This document shows, piece by piece, positions 27,413 through 38,823 of a stretch of DNA of 64,000 nucleotides. The position numbers and the translations under genes were made by a program. A model generated the notes under the pieces. The model was not told the DNA's origin. It made no database searches and worked only from the letters and a program-made list of their open reading frames with translations. Positions within the stretch are counted from its first letter, which is position 1. Every line of letters starts with the position of its first letter. The stretch is taken from NCBI GenBank assembly GCA_951406725.2, contig OX597816.1:60884001-60948000 (forward strand). The letters are read 5' to 3'. This stretch comes from Octopus vulgaris. Taxonomy: Eukaryota.

Positions 27413-27600
27413 TGCCATGATAGATCGTTAGCCACTACACACATTTTTTTTCTCTCCTTGTTTTTTCTATGTCCCTTTCTGTAGAAGAGCATAGGCTCGA
27501 AACATAAAAGACTTTTTCTGTTCTTGAGCATTACACTAATACATCTGTTTGTTTTGTACACCACCTGTCTTCATCTTTTGTTTTTTTCGTAAATTCTCCC
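27413..27600 (+). mobile_element. Short (TA)n-embedded element with minimal hammerhead-like motif
   Basis: cttt CTGTAGA aGAG catagg CTC GAAAC ata aaag at 27475-27510. Confidence 0.6.
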
Positions 27601-27679
27601 TATATATATATAGAGACATACATATATGTAGCTAAAAGTGAACAAAAAGTCACCAAAAGTGGTATCATAACACCTGATA

Positions 27680-27802
27680 TCCCCACTCCATACACATGTA
27701 TATCATGACTTATACACTTTCCTGACTTTTCTATATAACTCTATGTACTGTACATGCACCTTTGATGAGTTGTAGTGCACCTGAGCATTATACACAATTA
27801 TT

Positions 27803-27835
<33 letters not shown>
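27680..27835 (+). mobile_element. CR1-type LINE 3' UTR with (ATT)n tail
   Basis: gtgcacctgagca.t.tacacaat.atttcattattatt matches the 3' end of 51846-52145. Confidence 0.7.
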
Positions 27836-27836
<1 letters not shown>

Positions 27837-28074
27837 ATTATTTTAAATGGGAAGCAAAAATCTGTCTAAAAATCTTTCAGTAATGCTGTATTTAAAAGTT
27901 AATGTCCTCAGTGATGATCACAATTTGACACAAACTTCAAGCAGACCTTTTATAATCATGTTAATGTATTTTAAAGTCTGTCTACCTCTAGATGGAAAGA
28001 GGTGATGCTCCAGCAAAAATTTTGTATGAGGTATAGCTATAGATGTATATCATTATTAACTATGAGGTAAAATC

Positions 28075-28126
<52 letters not shown>

Positions 28127-28954
28127 ACTACCTTGGATATCCTTGTTGCTTATTTTAATTATAATTACCCCATTTGATTTATATGGGTAATACCATACAA
28201 AATTCTGGTGCCTTTAACTTAAGTACCATAGTCATCTGAATCTATATATATAATATAATCATTTAAAGTTCATGTTTCATACCAGCATGGGTTGGATGGT
28301 TTGATGGGCCCAAGGATTGCAAAATGCTCCAGTGTTTGTCTTGACATGGTTTCTACAGCTGGCTGTCTTTCCAAATGCTAACCACTTTACACCATGTACT
28401 AGGTGCTTTTATCATGCCACTCACACTAGTAAGGCCACCATGCAGTTTATAAGACTATGAACCCCGAGAAGGTAACTTTTTTCTACAAGATGAAGGGTAA
28501 AAGTATGACGGAAGGAACCAGAGCAGAACAGGTTTCTTGCTGCAGTGAAGTTACATGACTATTCACATTTTAGATGAGAGGGTGAGAGTGATCCAGTAGA
28601 GCTGGGAAGAGATAAAAAGATAATGGTGATGGGGTGTCAGTGTGAACCTTCAAAATACAAAGTAGGTAGAAATGATTAAAGGAGGGGGACCAGGAAATGA
28701 ATGATAGTACAGAAGGATAAAATAGTAATGATGAAACAGTAGACAAGAGAAGGATGAAATAAGGATGATGTTCAGTAGCTTGCAGGAGTGGATAGGGAAG
28801 AGATAGGCTGGCATAGTGCACAAGAGGGGTGAAGGAAGAGGGATATTTTAGCGGCTTAGTGAGTGGGAGTGATCATTGATAGTGTGGGTGGAGTATTAAT
28901 TAATGAAGAGTGGATAACAAATGAAATGGTTCTGGGTCGTAGAAAAACTTTATA

Positions 28955-29090
28955 GCAGACCTTTCTATGACATGTCACTATAGAGATATGTCTGACAGTC
29001 CCTTCTATGATATATAACCATAGATATATGTTTTTCTTGGTTCTTCTATGTATATAGTTATAGATATGTACTCATATTAGTCTCTTCTCA
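28955..29090. repeat. About 39-bp minisatellite
   Basis: ttctatga.at.t.ac.ataga.atatgt unit seen about 3 times. Confidence 0.6.
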
Positions 29091-29234
29091 ATAGTTTTGA
29101 GGGATATGTTGCACATCCATCATCATGCCAATACAAGTGCAAGTTGCAAAGGCTGTACCATCATTATTTACAATGTGACTAGCTGTACATAGGTATACAT
29201 CAGTATACTACATAGCTATGGCTATTCTTTTATT

Positions 29235-29565
29235 CTTTTACCAGGACTCATTCTTTGTAAGCCTAGTACTTATTCTATCAGTCTCTTCTACTGAACCATT
29301 AGGTTATGGGAACATAAACAGACCAACACTGTTGTCAAGTGGTGATGGGGGTACAAACACAGACACAAAGATGCACACACACACACACATAAATATATGC
29401 ATATACATGTCAAGCTTCTTTCAGTTTCCGCCTACCAAATCCACTCACAAGGCTTTGGTCAGCCTGACGCTGTAGTAGAAGACACTTGCCCAAGATGCCA
29501 TGCAGTGGGACTGGGCCCAGAACCATGTGGTTGGGAAGCAATCTTCTTACCACTCATAACTGTCC
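29235..29565 (-). mobile_element. SINE family B copy
   Basis: Matches 5943-6468. Confidence 0.8.
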
Positions 29566-30039
29566 TCATTATTTACACCATGATTGGCTAATTAGCTATG
29601 AGACAAAGCCAAAGATACAGATCCTTTTGAGTTCTTTCTAATTCCTCATGGCAAACTTTGCCCCGCCACAGAAAACATGAGTAGTCAAGTCAAAGCGGTG
29701 ACTAGGAATCCTGTCAAAGATCCTGTAAAGTATCTATAGCTAAAGACACTTAACTATCAAATGGCCAAGTTTATTTGGTTGTAAATGGGTACAGTGAGAT
29801 ACTAATAACTGACTGCTGTAAACAGCAAGAATATTGTAAAACCAATGAATGTCTTGTTAATTTGTAGTGTTGAGGTTGGATAAAGTGGGCTTCACTAATC
29901 TAACCGGTTCTGATATGAGATGCCAAAATAAAGTTTTCATTAGTTGCTATTCCTACCAGCTATGGATTATTAGATTTACCAATGCCACAAAATTAACTTT
30001 CAAATACTCTATATAAACAATTAAAATATCAAAACATAC

Positions 30040-30218
30040 CTCTCTGTGCCCTTCTCCTGAGTGACCCGATACTGTACAGAAGAAAGTTTTTCTTTCAGTT
30101 CTTCTTTGGAATATGTGACAGGGCACGTACCGCTCGCAGAGTCCTGACATGATGCCTGTAGTTTCTTGAGAGCAGGCGAACTTTCCCGCTTAGCAGTGAT
30201 AGTATGCAACAAGTTCAT
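30040..30218 (-). CDS. MSRB3: Methionine-R-sulfoxide reductase B (MSRB3-like), first coding exon
   Basis: Translates MNLLHTITAKRESSPALKKLQASCQDSASGTCPVTYSKEELKEKLSSVQYRVTQEKGTE(R), matching the MsrB N-terminus (EL++L+..QY.VTQEKGTE). Acceptor ttttgtttatag|G at 30250/30249. In-frame TAA TGA lie upstream of the ATG at 30218. Donor AG|GTATGT at 30040/30039 (phase 2). Confidence 0.9.
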
Positions 30219-30549
30219 GCAGCCAAGGAGTAGCAATTTTCATTAGCACCTATAAACAAAAAGCAACTTATCTTAATCATAGTTGGAATTACATAATTAC
30301 ATAAACAGATATAAAAGCAACAAATATAGTTACATTTAATGTTCGTCACTGAATTTTTCCTTTTTTTTCTCACTATTTAAGTCTTTGGACGGTGATTATG
30401 CTCATGTTTGTTTGTTTGTTTTTTGTTTTTTTTTTAATTGATTATATTGACCCATCATTCTTAGAAAAATATGAAAAGTATACATTGACAAATGGGGAAA
30501 AGATAACTCAGTAGGAGATGAATACAGCAGGGTATTTCAGACTGCTTGT

Positions 30550-30700
30550 ACCTTGCGTAGTTAAGAAATTCACTTCCCAACATCAGGGTTTTGGGTTCAG
30601 TCCCACTGTGCAGTATCTTAGGCAAGTGACTTCTATTATAACCCTGGGCTGATCAGAGCTTTGTGAATGGATTTGGTAGGTGGAAACTGAAAGAAATTCA
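30550..30700 (+). mobile_element. SINE family B 5' half
   Basis: gggttcagtcccactgtg...ggcaagtg.cttcta.tata...ggatttggtagg.ggaaactgaaaga. Confidence 0.75.
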
Positions 30701-31422
30701 GCATATATATGTGTGCTTGTTCACATATTCTTGAAATATTACAAGCCATAAGCAATGACGGTTTGTCCTTTCTCCTATCAATAAATCAGTAGGCTGCAGA
30801 CATAAGAAATGTCTTACTTGAAAAATGAGTAAGGTTTCATGACAGGAAGGGTATCTAGCTGTGAAACAATGTCTCAATAATACACTCATCTAACCCATGC
30901 AAATATGGAAAATGAATGAGGGGCTCTATACGGTTTTGCCAACCGCATTTCTTTCACAAAGTATCAATTAACCAGAGGCCATGGTAAAAGACCTTGTCCA
31001 AAATGCTGCATAATGGGATCAAATCCAGAACCACATGCTTTATGAAGTGAACTTCTCAACCAAACAGCTATGAATACAATCAGAAGCAACAGTTGACCCC
31101 ATATTAGCCAAAATGGTTGCAATTAGGAGTAGGGTATGATGGTAATGGTTCAAAATATTCCTGCAATACCAAGATAAATAATTAAAAAAACCTACAAAAT
31201 TAATAAGAAATTAGTCAATGAATATAATATTTACATAGCTAACAAAACTAGTACTGCAACTTTAGGTTGAGTAAAAGATGATATTAAGTCTAGAGTTTGA
31301 GAAGATGCTGCTAAAGGATAAAAGGTATCTATAAATAGGAATTACTAGGGTACCAGTATAGTGTGAGTAATATATGAATATATCAAAGATGAACAACAAA
31401 ACTCTGAAATTTAATAATATAC

Positions 31423-31463
31423 ATTGGGTCATCCCATAAATATTATTTATGGGATGACCCAAT
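31423..31463. repeat. Perfect 20-bp hairpin (collapsed mariner-type TIR pair)
   Basis: attgggtcatcccataaata-t-tatttatgggatgacccaat. Confidence 0.8.
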
Positions 31464-33191
31464 TGTATTGTAACAAATTAAAACAAAAGTTAGGATAAAG
31501 GTGTGTGTGTATAAACACACATACACACACACACACGCACATATATATAAAATAATTAAAGAGGAATGTAAAATACATTATGAAGGATATATCATAAACA
31601 ATTCATAAGTATTTACGAATATATCAATATATATCATGCTGGAATGGGTTAGACAGTTTAACTGGAACTGGGAAGCTGGAGAGCTGTATCAGGTTCCAAT
31701 CTGATTTGGCATGGTTTCTACAGTTTGATGCCCTTCCTAATGCCAACCACCAGAGAGAGAGACAGATAGAGAGACGCAGACAGATTAAAGCAGAAATTTT
31801 TAAATGGCTATCATGACAACTACTTGACAAAAGGAAATAATTCTGTACGAATGTACGTAGTATTTAACGGTATTTTACAGTACTAACACTTATATCTAAG
31901 CATGTGATAAGTATTTTAGTCTAAATTGCTCTAGTAGACAATATTAGAGCTATCAATATCTGAAAGAAATTGTGTTGTTTATAAATATACCTGAGTGTAA
32001 TCTTATTACAGCTCATACTTCTTGTTAGTAACCAATTTTAGTTTTTGTACAACTCAAATTCATTGCAGGTTGAACAGAACTAAGAACTGAATTTAAACAA
32101 AGCAAACTTCCAAAAATCAATGGTGGAGCAGGTGGGGTGGGGTATCCTTTATGCTTTGTAATCATTTATAACAGAATTAGGACTCCTTAGGTTAATGTAC
32201 CAGATCAGAAACTTCAGTAAGCATTCAAAAACAGGAAAAACAGTGGTCGCAAATCTTTTGTCGTTTGATGTAGGGCATGACGATAATGGTTCAAAATATA
32301 CCAGCAGTTCTAAGATTGAGTCAAAATTTTAAAAATCCTAGAAAATTAATAAGAAATTAGTCAATGAATGTAATATTTACATGGCTAGCAAAACTAGTAC
32401 TGCAACTTTAGGTCAAGTTAGAAATAATAAGCCTAGGGTTTGAGGAGATGTTACTAAAGGAAGGAATCTATAAATATGAATTACTAGGGTGTCTGTATAG
32501 TGTTGGTAATAAACAAATAAATATGCTGAGTCAGATCCATATGTAGTTAGTCTTTGCAGTGAAATTAGACACACATGTTAATTTCTGGTAGATTGGGATG
32601 GGGAACACACAAGCAGTTTTGTGAGCCTAATGTCACGACAAGACTAAATACATAAAGATGATTTCATATATTTAATTATTTATAACACACACTGCATTGA
32701 CAATACTGTAGCCTCTGTCAGCTGTCAACCCTGTTCTGTAATGTAAATGAGTTGAACCAGGAAAATCTTTGCTTACATTTTTAGTGTGTAATCTCCTGCT
32801 TTGTTATGTTGGTTAAGAGGAGGCACATGAATACTGGGGATAGTTAAATAGCATTGTTAAACACCCGAATCTTAAAAGAGAAACTATCTTGAAGCAAATT
32901 GCCAAGTTCTTCACTGAATACCTCAAAGCAAAATTCTTAAAAATTGTGACAATGCAATAATCATTTTACTGTACAAAAAGGGAGAGAGAGAATACCAAAC
33001 AAACTATTGAGCTGTAATCAATATCAAGTGTCACATACAAGATATCTACAAAAATCACACCAAACAGAATTTCTAAACAAATGGAAAAAATAAAAAAACA
33101 GTCGTATGGCAAGCAGGATTTGATGCAGCTTTTCAACTACTGATAATCTACATGCAATGAACCAACTAATTAATATATATATATATATATA

Positions 33192-33422
33192 TATTTCTTT
33201 ACTACCCACAAGGGGCTAAACACAGAGGGGACAAACAAGGACAGACAAACGGATTATGTCGATTATATCGACCCCAGTGCGTAACTGGTACTTAATTTAT
33301 CGACCCTGAAAGGATGAAAGGCAAAGTCGACCTCGGCGGAATTTGAACTCAGAAGGTAACGGCAGATGAAAAACGGCTACGCATTTCACCCGGTGCACTA
33401 ACGTTTCTGCCAGCTCGCCGCC
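33192..33422 (-). mobile_element. SINE family A, young copy in (TA)n
   Basis: Reverse complement of the 27172-27402 and 45948-46178 consensus. Confidence 0.9.
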
Positions 33423-33979
33423 CTATATATATATATATATCCCCACTCTCTCTCACATTTCTCTGGCTTTCTCACTTTGCACCTCACTGATTCTGTCGCC
33501 AAGCCAATCCTTGGCTCGCTCTTTCTTCTCCCCTCTTTAATTCCTTCTTTCTCTCTCTTCTCCCCCCTTTGGTGCCTTTGTCCCTCTTTTTCTCTCTCTC
33601 TTTGATTCCTTTGCCCCCTTTTTTTCTCTCTCTTCTCCTCTCACGTGACAGCTGGTCAACTAGCCTTTCGGCTTCTGACAAACGCCACGAGAACACCGTT
33701 TTCTTCTTCTTCGTCTGCCGATAAAGGCATTTTTTTCCAAATACGCCAGCTAAGCTAAGTTGTATTTGTCTATAGTCGTAAGACACCTGCTGTTTTTGTC
33801 CTGTTGTTACTATATATATATATATATATATATATAGCATTCTGTTTTGCATAGCCTTCATGGACTACTAAAAAATATTGAATACTGTACAATAACAGTA
33901 GTGATGACAGCCACAACAAAGGTGTAGAACCAGAATATTTCAATATCTTAAACATCTACCATCATGCAACATCTTTTAT

Positions 33980-34790
33980 CAAACTACACAAAGGCTTCAA
34001 ATAAGGGCATAAAACAGGATGATTCTATTCTCCCAAGCTATTCATAACCTTTTTTGAAGAAATGTTTCAAAAACTGCACTGAAAGAAAGATGAAATGGTT
34101 ATTAAAATCAATGGGAAGTTTCTCGCATACACTTGATCATGCCAGGTGTTCCATGTGAACTTGAAACTACGTTAAAACAACTGAATATAGAATGCAAAGC
34201 AGAAAGACTATGATTGAACACAGAAAAATATATAATGTTCAACTAACTGATGGCTAAAGTTTCTGATATTAAGGATGAAGAAACAACCTTCAAATAGTAA
34301 AATGTTGCATCTACATTGGCCAACTTCTAAAACAAAAGCTATGGGAAAAAATGCAAGTGACCTTGACTTAAACTTCCTAACCTCCAGGGAGGGGCAAGGT
34401 TTAATTTTAAAACCAAATTACCCAAAAGATGAGCTTACAACCAATGCATCATCCACAAGAATTTTTTTATAGTGCAGAAACCTAGAACTTAGCAAATTAC
34501 CTAACTTAACAAGCAAGCAACATTCTCACAAACAAATTATGCAAGGAATTACAGGAGGGAAAATCATAAAGCAATGAAATGACATGGAAACAGAAAGAAA
34601 AAAAATAACTAAGAGACGTTGAAAAATTCACAAAATGGTACTGAACTGGACACATCCAGAGAATAAGTGACAACAGGTTTTTGAAAAAGTAAACAGACTG
34701 GTCTCTGAGTGAGCATAAAAGAAATAGAGGATAACAATGAACAAGATGGAGGGTGGAGGCATATAAATTCAAAAAACCCAAATTTAAAGA
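33980..34790 (+). pseudogene. Ancient decayed RTE-type RT fragment
   Basis: Scattered motifs across frames: GIKQDDSI (decayed GVRQGD.ISP), KINGKFL, Y(L)GQL, AET(W), KWY(W)TGHIQR. Confidence 0.55.
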
Positions 34791-35009
34791 GCAATCTTTG
34801 TCTGACTGTGGGAGAGTAATGGCTGATATCATAAACTGATAACGCTTAAATAAATGTTTTACCTCCTTCTGACTAGTATCAATATGAAACAAGGCTTTTT
34901 TTGTGAGTTTACAAATTTATATCTAAATAATTTTGTCTAAAATATATCTGTCATATATATATGACAAATATATTTTAGACAAAATTATTTACAGCTTCCA
35001 AAAGTACAA

Positions 35010-35630
35010 CAGTATTCGTCTTTGCTTAGATAAAATAACTAAATCGTGGGTGTTAAGTCCCCTCGAAAGGGTCTTTCTAACTTCTAAGAAGATGAAATTT
35101 TATAAATATTACTTCATTTGTGTCAAATATCTATGGTTAAAATTTCATCAACAGCAAAAATATATGAATTGTCACAGGGGTTATGGCCCTTATGCATAGA
35201 ATATAATTTCCAGATTTCATAAAAATCCATTCAGTACTTTTGACCTAGTTTTGGATCATAAAAGAAATTACTAAAATTTTGGAGTTAAGACCCCCATTAG
35301 GGTGTCTTAGAATCCTCATGAGAAGTGGAAACTTTGAGAATAGTTCTTGATGTGTGTTAATTACCCATGGTTGAAATTTCATAAACATCAAAAATTTATG
35401 AATTTTCATGTGGGTTCTGCCCTCTTTAAGCCATCTGAAATCTAAGTTCCAAATATCATAAGGATCCATTCAGTAATTTTGGTCCATGAAATTGTATGAA
35501 ACATACAGCATTACCCTTCTCCCTAGGCTTGGATTTTGTGTTCCAAATTTCATTAGGATTGGTGCAGCAGTTTTCGAATGTATAAGTAACACACAAACAC
35601 ACATAAAGACATTGACTTTTATATAATAGA
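35010..35630 (-). mobile_element. Helitron/DINE-like non-autonomous element
   Basis: Minus strand begins tctattatataaaag, then (TG)n and ccaatcctaatgaaatttgg, as in the other Helitron heads. The left boundary is approximate. Confidence 0.55.
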
Positions 35631-37621
35631 TATGAATATGCACATATACATACACGTATATGTCTGTGTGTGTGTATTAAACAATAGTATTCATCATGTC
35701 TTTATATTTTATTGCTAACTTTTAGGCTTTTATTTTAGTGAATGCATTTATAACAAAATAACATTGACTGAAATAACCAAAGTACACCGATTTCAAGAAA
35801 GATCTTACAAAACACAGGGAATCAATAACAACAATCAGATCAAATTTATTTCATTATTATTAAGCAATCTGCACTTATTCTTCATGACAGCTAAATTTGA
35901 GAAAATAGAATTAGTAAAATAATGAACTAGATATGTATATATGAAAAAGAATTCAATATTTCCATTTGGACCAAATAAAAGAATTTGCCAGGTTAAAAAT
36001 AGAACCACGTAAAAATAGCTTACAAAAATAATTCAAGTTATAAATCTATTATTGTCTAGGCTTTAAGGTAAGGCTATTTGTTAAACAACTTATTTAGAAG
36101 ATATTTTGCTTTGTATTAACAAAGACACAGATAACAACTCGCAATTATCCTCAGTTGTGCAAAGTAGTTCATACATGTAATCCCTCTTTTCTTTATGAAG
36201 TAAATTGAATTCCTTGAAGGAACACAACATTTCCTTATATTGAATGCTTTTAAGATAGTACTATTAACCTTTGTACAGAACCTCTTGAACAATATGTTAC
36301 TAAGGATTTGGATCAGAGAGAGGGAGTAACCTGGGAAACAGAAATAACTCAGGCTCTCATACTCAAGATGTATCATCTAACTCTTCTAGCTACTCAAGGT
36401 ATATAGAAAAAAGCAAGAGATTAACAACTGTTTTATTGTGGCAAAAGCAATAAACTATCAAACATATTTCAAGCACTGCATTGTATTTTAAATACTCCAC
36501 TTAGCAACAATACAAATGATTGGGTGATAATGTAGTTTTGCTTCCTATTAAGTAAAAGAAATACATTCAGATATACAAAATGTCATAAGACCAGCATGAG
36601 AAAAGGAAAGACAAAATATGTCTCAAAATAGCATTGCAATGTCAGAATGGTGCCATATAATAACCAAGTCGATTGAATTTAAGCCATATTATCCTAGCTT
36701 ATAAGGATAATTATTATAAAGGAATTATTGTATTTACTCATGCATAATGCAAGAAATTTACAAAACACCATGGCCAAAATTGGTGGAAAGCATTATATTC
36801 ACAGATAAAATATATTACTGACTTTTAGGTACAAAATGCAGGCAGTCCTATTATATATGAGATCACATTGTGTTCAAGTAAATACGGTAGGCTCAAAATA
36901 AAATTATGAAAATGCACTGAAATCTCATTGCTATATGGAATCACTCAATCGCTATTGATATTTCATGATTTTCATGATAATAAATGTGAACTGAACAGAA
37001 GACAAAAATAATCCAAGCACAAACTGATCACTATTATATACCGAATGAATCTATATAAGATGATTAGAGCTTTTTACTAAATGGATCCATATATTGGCTA
37101 AAATATAAAAATTAGTATAAATGATTAAAACTTCATTGTGAATATAGCACTAGTCCATATAGTATGAAAGGAACTACTAAAGCTAGTATATTTTACAGGT
37201 TATAGTATTACAAATATAGCCAGATTCGTTTTAAAATGTAGTCCTTTGTTGTTTTCAGTTAGCAGTTGTTAACCATATTAATAATATAAAAGGCATATCT
37301 AATGTAATCATGAAATAAGTTACACTCTGATGGGTGCAGTAACAGTTTGGTGTGCAAGTTTATGTAACTGGAGTACAAGGTTTACAGATATTATTACAAC
37401 TTAATACAGAAGGAATGCAAAGAGTTATCAAATTAGATGTTAATTATATTCATCTATAAAGAATGCCTGATTCCAAAAAGTTTATTACTATTATTATGAG
37501 CACTATCATGTACTCATACCAGAAACTGTCTTTACATTTTATTACTTTTATCTTTTACTCATTTCTGTCATTGGATTGTTGCCATGCCAAGACATGGGGT
37601 TTTGTCAAACAATTCAACCCC

Positions 37622-38385
37622 TGCAGTTTAAGAGATGAGGAATTATTTGTCCTCATCTTGTTTGTTGTTAAAACATTTCGGCTGATATACCCTCCAGCCT
37701 TCATCAGGTTTATTGGGAAAATTTTGAACCTGGGTTCTCATTCCTAAGGTATTTTTCGATATTATTATTATTGAACTCAGAATGTTGGGGTTAGTAGCCC
37801 ACGCTCTTAACCACTACGTCATATGCCCATGGGCAATTATAGAGTGAATTTTAGGGTTTATAAATCTAATATTTTCCTATCCTTCTTTAATACCGGTTTC
37901 CATATGCTATTCATATCTGCACTCAGTCTGCTTAGGAGGTTGTTGTGACCTAGCTTCTTTTAGTTTTCATATTAAATAATAGACAGAACACCACTGGAAA
38001 ATATGAAAACTAAAAGAAGCAGCACATATGTTAGGATACAACAACCTCCTAAGCAGACCGAGTACAGATATGAAGAGTGTATGGGAACTGGTATTAAGGA
38101 AGAATTTGAAAATATGAGATTTATAAGCCCTAAAATTCACTCCATAATTGACCATGGGCATATGGCGTAGTGTTTAAGAGTGTGGGCTACTAAGCCCAAG
38201 ATTCCGAGTTCGATTCCAGGCAGTAATCTGAATAATAATAACAACATCAAAAAATACCTTTGGAATGAGAACCTAGGTTCAAAATTTACCCAAGACACTT
38301 GATGAAGGCTGGAGGGTATATCAGCCGAAACGTTGCATTAACAACAAGTAAGATGAAGACGACTATCTGTCAAATGTAAATAAAG
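37622..38385. mobile_element. Palindromic element: two divergent tRNA-like heads, each followed by a hammerhead motif
   Basis: Inverted arms at about 37645-37973 and 38000-38365 with a 26-nt spacer. 9-bp TSD ttcaacccc at 37613-37621 and 38386-38394. It interrupts a family-B SINE. Confidence 0.8.
38294..38339 (+). ncRNA. Minimal type-I hammerhead ribozyme motif (mutated); mirror copy at 37668-37712 on minus
   Basis: gacac (C>T)TGATGA aggctg gagggtatat cagcc GAAA cg tt gcatt. The minus-arm copy retains CTGATGA aggctg..cagcc GAAA. Confidence 0.65.
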
Positions 38386-38823
38386 TTCAACCCCTTATTT
38401 TAAAGTCTGGTACTTATTCTGTTGGTCTGTTTGTTGAACTACTGAGGTACAGGGACATAAGCAAACCAACACCAGCTGTTAAGTGATAGTGAGTGACAAA
38501 CGCAATGTAAACATACACACATATATGTATATATATTTCTTCTTTTTTTCTCTTCTTGCTTCCCTTTTGTTGTCTTGCTGTTCTTTTCTTGCTTTGCAAG
38601 GTACTTGGTAACCTCACTGTGCCATAGCTGATGTTAGAGCTTGTCATGGCCTTACAGTTTGCTGAATCCTATCAAACTGTCCAACTCATGCCAGCATAGA
38701 AAATGGATGTTCAATGATGATGATGATACACACACGTCTCATCAGTGGATCATATATCCGAAAAAGAAGCACACTCTAAAAGTTAGAAAAGTAATGTATT
38801 TAGAGGAAGTTAATTATATGGCT

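Noticed and set aside
30155-30170. Internal acceptor ctacag|GCA for an ER-signal (MSRB3A-like) isoform
   Set aside because: There is no polypyrimidine tract and no signal-peptide exon was identified; it cannot be supported without RNA data.
33440-33810. CpG-containing, pyrimidine-rich segment with CACGTG as a possible MSRB3 promoter; 125-aa ORF
   Set aside because: It is bounded by (TA)n on both sides like the other mobile modules, has no convincing donor site, and the ORF is low complexity. A decayed HHR-like CTGCCGA is too degenerate to call.
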